Notes under the pieces: generated by a model
Told to the model about the DNA's origin: nothing
Database searches by the model: none
The model's input: the letters and a program-made list of their open reading frames with translations, nothing else
Shown here: positions 48,139 through 57,300 of the stretch, in pieces
Layout of the letters: each line of letters opens with the position of its first letter
Numbering within the stretch: the first letter of the stretch is position 1
DNA from: Acidobacteriota bacterium
Lineage (GTDB): Bacteria; Acidobacteriota; Thermoanaerobaculia; Multivoradales; UBA5704
Reading direction: 5' to 3'
Length of the DNA stretch: 64,000 nt
NCBI GenBank assembly: GCA_040005235.1
Contig: JBDTZG010000014.1
Coordinates: forward strand, 32,001 to 96,000
Translations under genes and position numbers: made by a program

Positions 48139-51100
48139 ACCAGGAGGGCGGAAACGAGATCGCTGTCATCGGGTTGGCGGGCCGATTCCCCGGTGCGTCT
48201 TCGGTGGATGAGCTGTGGTCCAACCTATGCGCAGGGATCGAGTCGATTTCCGTTTTCTCCGAAGACGACCTGAACGCTGCCGGCATTTCCGCCGAGCTGC
48301 TGCGCCTTCCCAACTACGTTCGAGCGAAAGGCGTCTTGGTCGACGTCGATCTCTTCGATTACGGATTTTTCGCCATCGGGGCCCGCATCGCCCAGGTGAT
48401 GGACCCGCAGCACCGAATTTTCCTCGAATGCTCTTGGGAGGCATTGGAATCCGCCGGTTACGACGCGGAGAGGTTCTCCGGAGCCGTCGGCGTGTTTGCC
48501 GGATGCGGGCTGAACAGCTATTTCTTCCAATGCGTGGCACCCAACTTCCAACTCGTGGCCTCGTTGGGTGAGCTGCAGACGACCTTGGTCAACGATAAGG
48601 ACTTCTTGGCTACGCAGGTTTCCTACAAGCTGGGTCTTCGCGGTCCGAGCGTAACCGTCCAGACCGCTTGCTCGACCAGTCTGGTAGCGGTCCATATTGC
48701 GTGCCAGAGCTTGCTGATGGGCGAGTGCGACATGGCACTGGCGGGGGGTGTCTCGGTGAAGTTTCCCCACCAGGCCGGTTACCTGTATCAGCCCGAGTCC
48801 ATCCTGTCTCCCGATGGCCATTGTCGTCCGTTCGATGCCGCTGCCAATGGAACGGTCAACGGTTCAGGAGCCGGTGTTGTCGTGCTGCGGCGCCTCGCCG
48901 ACGCTTTAGCGGCAGGAGACACCGTGCTCGCCGTGATCAAGGGCTCGGCGGTCAACAATGACGGCTCTCAGAAAGCGGGATTCACAGCACCGAGTCTGGA
49001 TGGCCAGGCCAAGGTCATCGCCGAGGCGATGGCGGTCGCCGGTGTCGAGCCCGAGAGCATCTCCTTCGTGGAAGGCCACGGCACCGGCACTGCGGTGGGG
49101 GACCCCATCGAAGTGGCCGCCCTGAGCCAAGCCTTCGCCGCCACTGCGAAGACCGACCGAAAAGGGTTCTGTGCCTTAGGCTCGATCAAGGGGAACCTCG
49201 GTCACTTAGACGCCGCTTCAGGTATCGCGGGGCTGATCAAAGCGGTTTTGGCACTGCGCTACGGCAAGCTGCCTCCGAGCCTTCATTTCGAACGGCCCAA
49301 TCCGGCGATCGATCTGGCCGAGAGCCCGTTCTTCGTCAACGATCGGCTCGCCGAGTGGCCCACGGACCGTGGTCCTTTGCGGGCAGGGGTGAGCTCCTTC
49401 GGTCTCGGCGGAACCAATGCCCATGTGGTCCTTGAGGAGGCACCGCTTGCGGCGCCGACCACTCCGCCGGTTCGCGCGCCCCAGCTCCTCGTCCTTTCGG
49501 CACGGACCGCCACGGCGCTGGAGCGGATGGCCGGCCGACTCGCCGAGTCCATGAGGCAGGGTTCGGACCCCTCCGCGGTCCTCTCCGCAATCCCCTCCCC
49601 AGGCTCCTCCCCGATACCGGCCGAGCTCCCGGAGATCGCTTTTACCTTGCAGACGGGCCGCAAGGTCTTCGAGTACCGCCGCACTCTGGTCTGTCGCGAT
49701 CGCGAAGAGGCGGTCGCGGCTCTTTCCGCCGGCATCGGTCGGACGTTGCGGGACTCGGCGCGCAACCGCCCGGTCGTCTTTCTCTTCCCCGGGCAGGGGG
49801 AGCAAAGGATCGGAATGGGGGCCGGCCTCTACGCGACCGAGCCGGTGTTCCAAGCCGAAGTGGACCGCGCTTGCGACCTGCTCAAGCCCCACCTGGGATT
49901 CGATCTGCGCGACGTGCTCTACCCCGCACCGGCGGCCGCCGAGGAGATGGCGCTGCGGCTGACCCAGACAGCTGTGGCGCAACCCGCACTGTTCGTCGTC
50001 GAGCATGCTTTGGCTCAGCTTTGGATGAGCTGGGGCATCGTTCCGCAGGCCACGATCGGGCATAGCCTGGGTGAGTACGTCGCCGCCTGCTTGGGAGGTG
50101 CCCTCTCGCTTGCCGACGCTTTGGCCCTCGTCGCTTTCCGCGGTCAGCTCATGCAGTCCGTTTCGCCCGGCGCGATGCTGGCCGTGCGCCTCACTCCCGA
50201 AGCGGTGCGAAAGAAGCTCGCCGAACCCCTGGGCGAAGGCCTCGCCTTGGCGGCCGTCAACGGAGCCGAGCGCTGCGTGGTCTCGGGACCCCTCGACGCC
50301 ATCCTTGCACTGGAAGGCGATTGGTCCTCCGACGGAGTCCCTTGCCGCCGGCTGGAGACCTCCCACGCTTTCCACTCGGCCATGATGGAACCGGTCCTCG
50401 ACGCCTTTCGCAGACGGCTGGAGGGGATTCGTTTCGGCAAGGTGCAAATCCCCTGGCTATCGAACCTTACCGGCGGCTGGATCACGCAGTCGGAGGCTTC
50501 GGATGCGGCCTATTGGTGCGCCCATCTTCGCCAGACGGTCCGCTTCGGCGACGGGGTCCGCGAGCTGCTGGGAGAAGATCGAATCTTTCTGGAGGTCGGT
50601 CCGGGAGCCGTTCTGGGCAACCTGGTCAAGCAGGCTGCGGGGAAATCGGCCGTGCCGGTCCTCCGCTCGCTGCCTCCGGGGCGCGAGGAGCGATCGGACG
50701 AGCCGACCGCGCTCCTGGAGACCCTTGGCGACCTGTGGCGCCACGGCGCCCGAATCTCATGGAACGCTTTCCACAAAGGCACGCGTCGGCGCCGGGTTCT
50801 GTTGCCCACCTACCCCTTCGAGCGCGAGAAGGCATGGCTTGAACCCCCAGCCGCCGGCCCGATGAAGATTCTGGAGCCCTCAGTGCAGAATCCAGTCCTA
50901 ATTTCACCCGTTCCCGTCTCTGCTTCGAGGTTGCCGGAGATCCTGGCCGGTCTCAGCTCGGTCGTTGGCGACCTGATCGGTGCCCGCCCCGATCAGATCG
51001 ACCCTTCCATACCTTTCCTGGACGTAGGAGTGGACTCCCTGCTCCTGATCCAAGCGAGTCAGGCGATTCATCGGCGTTTCGGGATCAAGATTTCCCTGGC

Positions 51101-54100
51101 CGAGCTGCTTGAGAAGTACGTTACGGTGCAGGCGGTGGCGGAGTATCTCGACCGCGAGATGCCGCCGTCGCCGGCCGTCGCCGAACCCTTGGCCGTGGCA
51201 GACCTTCCTCCCGCCGCCGCAGGACCGGCACCGTCAGACGATGACCTTCCCGCTGCCGGGACTGTTTCGTCCGAGCATCTCGACCGCATCATCAACCGGC
51301 AGCTTGAGCTGATGGCGCGCCAGCTGGAGCTCCTGCGCGGGCCGGGACGGGCCGCCGCCCCGGCATCTCGCCCGTCGGAGCCGGCTCCCATCGCCTCCCC
51401 GATCTCTCAGGCTGCCGCTCCCGAAATGCGGCACCCGTTTGCCGCCAAACCGATCCTTACCGAGGCCCCCGGCACCTTCACGGAACCCCAGCGCCGGCAT
51501 TTGGACGACCTCATTTCGCGCCATACCCGGCGCACCGCGGAGTCCAAGCGCCGGACCCAGATGCATCGGCCCCACCTGGCCGAAAATCGGGCTTCGGTGG
51601 GGTTCCGGATGCTCTGGAAGGAGATGGTCTACCCCTTGATCGCCGAACGCTCGGAGGGCGGCCGGTTGTGGGATGTGGACGGCAACGAATACGTCGACAT
51701 CGCGATGGGATTCGGAGTTCACCTTTTCGGCCACTCGCCGGCTTTCGTGGTCGAAGCGCTGAACCACCAGATACGGCGTGGGTTGCAGCTCGGGCCGCAA
51801 TCGGACCTGGCCGGCGAAGTCGCCGCCCTCCTCTGCGAAGCGACCGGCATGGAGCGAGCGACCTTCGCCAACTCGGGCACCGAGGCCGTGATGACCGCGA
51901 TGCGGGTGGCGCGTGCCGTCACCGGCCGAAATCGGATTGCAATATTCAACGGCTCCTACCATGGTTCCTTCGACGGTACCCAGGTTCGCCGAGTGATGCG
52001 CGATGGGCTGGCTCAGCCTGTACCGAGCGCGCCAGGCGTACCGCCGGGAATGGTGGAGGACCTCCTGGTCCTCGACTACGATCGTCCAGAATCCCTGGAG
52101 GAGATCCGTCGTCAGGGGCGGGATCTCGCCGCGGTCTTGGTCGAGCCGGTGCAGAGTCGACGGCCGGATCTGCAGCCGCGAGAGTTCCTTCTGGAATTGC
52201 GGCGGATCACCGAGGAGAGCGGAACCGTTCTGATTTTCGACGATGTCATCCAGGGATTTCGCTGCCACACAGGGGGCAGCCAGGCCGTCTTCGGCGTCCG
52301 TGCAGACCTTGCGGTTTATGGCAAGGTGGTGGGTGGCGGCCTGCCGATTGGAGTCCTGGCCGGCACGTCGAAGGTGATGGATGCCATCGATGGCGGCTAT
52401 TGGAGTTTCGGCGACGACTCCTATCCGCGCGCCGACAAGACATTTTTCGCCGGAACGTTCTGCAAACACCCGCTGAGCATGGCCGCTGCGCTTGCGGTCC
52501 TTCGCCATCTTCGGGAGGAGGGGCCGGCTCTCCAAGAGCGCATCAACGATCGTACGGCGGCCCTCGCCGCCGAGCTGAACGCGTTCTTTTCCGCCGAGCG
52601 TTTTCCGGTCGAGGTCGTTCACTTCGGCTCCCTGTTTCGCTTCCAGTTCAATCGCGACCAGGATCTCGGCGATCTGTTCTTTTTCCACCTTCTCGAACAT
52701 GGCGTCTATACGTGGGAAGGCCGGACCTGCTTCCTCTCGACCGCCCATACCGAAAAGGACCTGGAAATCCTGGTCGATGCGGTTCGGCGCAGTGTCGCCG
52801 ACCTTCGAGCCGGAGGATTTTTCATCCCGGCGGAGCCGCTTCCGGTTCCGTTGGAAGCCCTGGTGGAGCGCCTGCCCCTCACCGCCGCCCAGCGTGGGAT
52901 CTGGTCGCTCTGTCAGCTCGATCCCGCGGCTTCAGGTGCCTTCAACGAAAGCATCGTCTGCCGCTTCGACGGGCCGATCGAATTGGGGGGCCTGCGCCGC
53001 GCCCTGCAAAGGGTCGTCGATCGCCACGACGTGCTGCGAGTCACCTTCGATTCCGATGGCGAGCATCAGGTGGTCCATTCGCGCATTGGGGTCGGCATTC
53101 CCTTGATCGACTTGCAGGTACTGCCGTCGGAGAGACGGACGATGCGCGAAGCCGATCTCGTGAGCGGTGGCCAAGGGCGAGAAGTTTTCGATCTCGAGCA
53201 CGGACCGTTGCTGCGAGCTCGGCTCTACCATTTCGAGCCTGACCGTCATCTTCTCGACCTGACGGTTCATCACTTGGTGACGGACGGCTGGTCCCTGGGT
53301 CTACTGCTGAGCGAAATTCGCCAGCTTTACGTCGGCGAGCTGGAGGGCGCGGCGGTCGAGCTGCCGGCCCCTACGCCGTTCAGGTGGTATGTCGAGCTGC
53401 AGGATCAACGCCTCGGGAGCGCCGGCCACGAGCATGTGGAAGCGTATTGGCTCGCTCGGTTCGGCGGTGCGATACCCGAGCTCAACCTTCCTTGCGACTT
53501 GCCGCGGCCGTCGCTCAAGAGCTACCGGGGTGCCCGGCTTTCGCGTCAAATCGGCGACGACGCGCTGTTGCCGGCTCTGCGGACGCTATGCCGAGATCAG
53601 CGCTGCACCCTTTTCATGCTGCTGCTCAGCGCCTTCGAGGCCTTGATGCAGCATCTCACCGGTGCGGACGACCTGGTCGTCGGCATCACCCTGGCCGAGC
53701 AACCGAGTCTCGACTCCCAGACGCTGATGGGCTACTGCTTGAACGTGCTGCCGCTGCGGGTTCCCGCAGAGGTCGATCTCCCGTTCCGCGAGCTCTTGGC
53801 GCGGACCCGGCACGGCCTCGCCGAGGCTCAGGAGAATCAGGCCTACGACATCGCCCGCCTAGTCAAAAAACTCGAATTGCGAGGTGACCGAAGCCGGAGC
53901 CCGATCTTTACCGTCGGGTTCAACCATGAGCGAGGTGAGGTTTGGCATGCTCCGGGCGGCTTGCGGGTAGAGCAGGTGTCGAGCCCGAACGTGGCGGCAC
54001 AGCTCGATCTCTCCTGGATGACCGTCGAGATGAGCGGTTCGCTGACCGTCCATTGCATCTACAGCACCGACCTGTTCGTCGAGGAGCGGGTCGTCGGCTG

Positions 54101-54293
54101 GATCGAGATCTACGAACGGTTGTTGGGAATTGTCGTTCGGGAACCGGACATCCGATTGAGCGACCTCGGCGAAATCCTGGTCCGGCAAGCGGCGGAAAGG
54201 CTCGAACGCGATCGGGTAGTCCGACGCTCGTCCAGCCTGTCGAAGCTGCGACGCACGGAACGCAAGCCGCTCGTTTCGGCACAGGGCTCGTGA
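48135..54293 (+). CDS. ORF4: PKS-NRPS hybrid KS-AT-ACP-aminotransferase-C
   Basis: 2052 aa ORF. KS NDKD...VQTACSTS/HGTGT/NLGHL; AT GHSLG and HAFHS; ACP GVDSLL (51027); class III PLP aminotransferase motifs DVDGNEYVD, NSGTEA, FDDVIQGFR, YGKVVGGGLP; terminal C HHLVTDGWS. Confidence 0.96.
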   Translation: MNQEGGNEIAVIGLAGRFPGASSVDELWSNLCAGIESISVFSEDDLNAAGISAELLRLPNYVRAKGVLVDVDLFDYGFFAIGARIAQVMDPQHRIFLECSWEALESAGYDAERFSGAVGVFAGCGLNSYFFQCVAPNFQLVASLGELQTTLVNDKDFLATQVSYKLGLRGPSVTVQTACSTSLVAVHIACQSLLMGECDMALAGGVSVKFPHQAGYLYQPESILSPDGHCRPFDAAANGTVNGSGAGVVVLRRLADALAAGDTVLAVIKGSAVNNDGSQKAGFTAPSLDGQAKVIAEAMAVAGVEPESISFVEGHGTGTAVGDPIEVAALSQAFAATAKTDRKGFCALGSIKGNLGHLDAASGIAGLIKAVLALRYGKLPPSLHFERPNPAIDLAESPFFVNDRLAEWPTDRGPLRAGVSSFGLGGTNAHVVLEEAPLAAPTTPPVRAPQLLVLSARTATALERMAGRLAESMRQGSDPSAVLSAIPSPGSSPIPAELPEIAFTLQTGRKVFEYRRTLVCRDREEAVAALSAGIGRTLRDSARNRPVVFLFPGQGEQRIGMGAGLYATEPVFQAEVDRACDLLKPHLGFDLRDVLYPAPAAAEEMALRLTQTAVAQPALFVVEHALAQLWMSWGIVPQATIGHSLGEYVAACLGGALSLADALALVAFRGQLMQSVSPGAMLAVRLTPEAVRKKLAEPLGEGLALAAVNGAERCVVSGPLDAILALEGDWSSDGVPCRRLETSHAFHSAMMEPVLDAFRRRLEGIRFGKVQIPWLSNLTGGWITQSEASDAAYWCAHLRQTVRFGDGVRELLGEDRIFLEVGPGAVLGNLVKQAAGKSAVPVLRSLPPGREERSDEPTALLETLGDLWRHGARISWNAFHKGTRRRRVLLPTYPFEREKAWLEPPAAGPMKILEPSVQNPVLISPVPVSASRLPEILAGLSSVVGDLIGARPDQIDPSIPFLDVGVDSLLLIQASQAIHRRFGIKISLAELLEKYVTVQAVAEYLDREMPPSPAVAEPLAVADLPPAAAGPAPSDDDLPAAGTVSSEHLDRIINRQLELMARQLELLRGPGRAAAPASRPSEPAPIASPISQAAAPEMRHPFAAKPILTEAPGTFTEPQRRHLDDLISRHTRRTAESKRRTQMHRPHLAENRASVGFRMLWKEMVYPLIAERSEGGRLWDVDGNEYVDIAMGFGVHLFGHSPAFVVEALNHQIRRGLQLGPQSDLAGEVAALLCEATGMERATFANSGTEAVMTAMRVARAVTGRNRIAIFNGSYHGSFDGTQVRRVMRDGLAQPVPSAPGVPPGMVEDLLVLDYDRPESLEEIRRQGRDLAAVLVEPVQSRRPDLQPREFLLELRRITEESGTVLIFDDVIQGFRCHTGGSQAVFGVRADLAVYGKVVGGGLPIGVLAGTSKVMDAIDGGYWSFGDDSYPRADKTFFAGTFCKHPLSMAAALAVLRHLREEGPALQERINDRTAALAAELNAFFSAERFPVEVVHFGSLFRFQFNRDQDLGDLFFFHLLEHGVYTWEGRTCFLSTAHTEKDLEILVDAVRRSVADLRAGGFFIPAEPLPVPLEALVERLPLTAAQRGIWSLCQLDPAASGAFNESIVCRFDGPIELGGLRRALQRVVDRHDVLRVTFDSDGEHQVVHSRIGVGIPLIDLQVLPSERRTMREADLVSGGQGREVFDLEHGPLLRARLYHFEPDRHLLDLTVHHLVTDGWSLGLLLSEIRQLYVGELEGAAVELPAPTPFRWYVELQDQRLGSAGHEHVEAYWLARFGGAIPELNLPCDLPRPSLKSYRGARLSRQIGDDALLPALRTLCRDQRCTLFMLLLSAFEALMQHLTGADDLVVGITLAEQPSLDSQTLMGYCLNVLPLRVPAEVDLPFRELLARTRHGLAEAQENQAYDIARLVKKLELRGDRSRSPIFTVGFNHERGEVWHAPGGLRVEQVSSPNVAAQLDLSWMTVEMSGSLTVHCIYSTDLFVEERVVGWIEIYERLLGIVVREPDIRLSDLGEILVRQAAERLERDRVVRRSSSLSKLRRTERKPLVSAQGS
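51600..52810 (+). other. Embedded class III aminotransferase (AMT) domain
   Basis: GFGVHLFGH, SYHG, VEPVQS, PLP-binding Lys at 52323 (YGK), TFFAGTF. Same type as the AMT domains of McyE and MycA. Confidence 0.9.
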
Positions 54294-54300
54294 CCCGCTC

Positions 54301-57300
54301 ATGCCGGTGATCGAATCTTTCCGTCTCTCTCCTCAACAGGAGCGCCTTTGGCACCTCGGCCCCTCGTCGGTCTTTCGAGCGCAGTGCGCGGTGAATCTCG
54401 TGGGCCCGCTCGATCGCGCGGTCCTCGCGAGGGCCGTACGCGACGTCGTCCGGCGGCATGAAATCCTCCGTACCCGATTCGGCCTTTTCGGCGGCACGCT
54501 GGCGGCGCAGGCGCCCGGGGAAAGCGAGGATAGAGCTTGGGTCGAGCTCGATTTGCGCGCCGCCAACCCGCAAGACGGGACGAATCGCATCGCCGGAGCG
54601 TACGCCACCCAAGCGGAGACGCCGCCGGACCTCGGCGCCGGATCGATGCTCGACGTGCAGCTGGTGATTCTGGCGGAGGATCGACACCAGCTGTTGCTGC
54701 GCCTCCCCTCGCTGTGCGCCGACCGCCGAAGCCTTCGTAACCTGGTCCTGGCGATCGCGCGTTCCTATCAGGCCGCGATGGGCGACGGTGGTACCGGGGA
54801 TCAAGCCGCCGCAATGCAGTACATCGAAATCGCGCAGTGGCAGGCGGAGCTGTTGGAATCGACGGATGGCGAAAACGAAAGGCGGCTCTGGCAGGAGAGA
54901 AGTCAGGCGGTCCAGAGCCTCCGACTTCCCCTCGGAGACCCAAGCTCGCCGGAAGTGGAGTCTCATCCCGAGTTGACGACTTTTGAGCTGGGGGAGGGGC
55001 GGATGGCCGGCCTGCGCGCTCTCGCGGATCGAATCGGCATCCCCATGTCGGCGCTTTTTCTCGCTACGTTCTCAGCGCTCCTGGCTCGCCTGGAGGAGTC
55101 GGGAACGACCGCCCTGGGTCTCGTGGCGGAAGGGCGCACCTTCGACGATCTTGCCGACGCTCTCGGGCCGTTCAGCAAGTCCCTGCCTCTCGTCTTCGGC
55201 ACGGAGCAAGGCACCCTTCCCTTCGACCGGTTCGCCCAGCGGGTGCGGAAGGACATGGACGAGGCGGCCGCCATTCAGGAGTTTCTCGAACCCGCCTTCC
55301 TTCCCCTTCGATTCGAGTGGGTCGAGGAGCCGCCGCAGGCGGTCGCGGCGGGGGTGACTTTCGTGATCGACCGCGAGTCGGTCATCACGGATCGCTTCGT
55401 CCTTCAACTCTCCTGTCACGGCGATTCCAGGGGATACTGCGAGCTGCTTTTCGATCCCTCGCGGATGGACCGGACCGAAGCCGAGCGACTGGCAGAGCGC
55501 TTTCGCTCCCTTCTCGACAGCGCTTTGGCCGAACCGTTGAAAACCCTGCGCGAGCTGAACGCCGTGGGGGAGAGGGAGCGAGCGTTCTTGCTCCGGGGTT
55601 TGAATCCGGAGCGGGTTGTCTATCCGGACGCCGATCGATGCCTCCATGAGCTGTTCGAGGAGCAGGTGCGCCGGCGCCCCGGCGCTCCCGCCCTGGTCTT
55701 TGGCGGCACTTCCCTGACCTATGCCCAGCTCGATGCAAAATCGTCGGATCTTGCCGCCCGCCTGGCGAAACGAGGTGCAGGTCCCGAGGTGTTGGTCGGG
55801 ATTTGCATGGAACGTTCGTTGGAGCTGGTAATCGGACTTCTCGGCATACTCAAAGCGGGCGCGGCCTACGTCCCGCTCGAGCCCTCCTATCCGAAAGAGC
55901 GGCTGGAGGCGATGCTGGAGGACCTTGCCGCGACCGGCCGCCTTCCTTTGATTGTCACCCGGGAGTCGCACCTGGCGGCGCTCCCGGAGCGGCCCATAGC
56001 GGACTCCGGTCTACTCCTCCTTTCGGCCGAAGAGCCCGTGGCTCAAGAACGGCATCCATCCGTGCGGATGAATCCCGGGCATCTGGCCTATTCGATCTTC
56101 ACCTCGGGCTCCACTGGCCGTCCCAAAGGGGCGATGAACTCGCACCGCGGCGTGGTCAACCGCCTGCTATGGATGCAGCAAGTCTACGGTCTTTCCCCGC
56201 AGGACCGCGTCTTACAAAAGACGCCGTTTAGTTTCGACGTTTCGGTTTGGGAGCTCTTTTGGCCTTTGATCTGCGGTGCCACCTTGGTGGTTGCAGAGCC
56301 GGATCGACACAAGGACAGCTCCTATCTGATCCGCATCTTGCGCGAGGAGAGGATCACCACGGTCCATTTCGTCCCTTCGCTGCTGCGCATTTTTCTCGAA
56401 GAGCCGACGGTGGCCTCGTGCGGGTCGCTTCATCGGGTCATCTGTAGCGGCGAGGCGCTGCCACCCGATTTGGTGAATCGCTTCTTCGATTGTTTCCGTG
56501 GCGAGCAGGCACCCGAGCTCCACAATCTTTACGGGCCTACGGAGGCGGCGGTCGATGTGACCTGGTGGCGATGCGCTTCCGGAGAAGAAGTGACGCCGAT
56601 CGGCACGCCGGTGGCCAACACCTGCATCTACCTGCTCGACCCGCCGGCAATGGCTTTGCGCCCGGTGCCCTTCGGCGCGCCGGGCGAGATCTGCATCGGC
56701 GGAGTCCAGGTCGGGCGGGGTTACCTGGGACGTCCCGACCTTACAGCCGAGCGTTTTCTGCCCGATCCGTTCTCTCGCGAGCCGGGCGACCGTCTGTATC
56801 GTACCGGCGACGTGGCGCGATACCTGCGCGACGGAGCCATCGAGTACCTTGGCCGCCTCGACGATCAGGTGAAGATTCGGGGGGTCCGGATCGAGCTCGG
56901 CGAGATCGAGTCCGTCCTGCGCCGGCACGAGGGCGTGCTCGACGCGGCGGTGGTGGCGCGAGATGTCGCTCCGGGCGACCGGCGGCTCATCGCCTACGCG
57001 GTGACCCGCGAAACGACCGCTCCGACCGTCGGCGAGTTGCGCTCCTATCTCGAGCGGCTGCTTCCCCAGGCCATGGTCCCTTCCCAGATCGTTCGATTGG
57101 CTGCGTTGCCGCTCACGCCCAGCGGCAAGGTGAATCGTCGAGCCTTGCCGCTTCCCGAACCGGAACGACCGGATCTGGAAGTCGCTTTCGTCGCTCCGCG
57201 GACCGCCGCCGAGAAATTGCTGGCGGGAATCTGGGCGGACCTCTTGCGCGTGAGCGACATCGGTGTCTTCGACGACTTCTTCCAGCTTGGAGGCGACTCC

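Noticed and set aside
49557-49630. Pro/Ser-rich insertion (GSDPSAVLSAIPSPGSSPIPA) in the ORF4 KS-AT linker
   Set aside because: A short in-frame low-complexity loop with no evidence of function.
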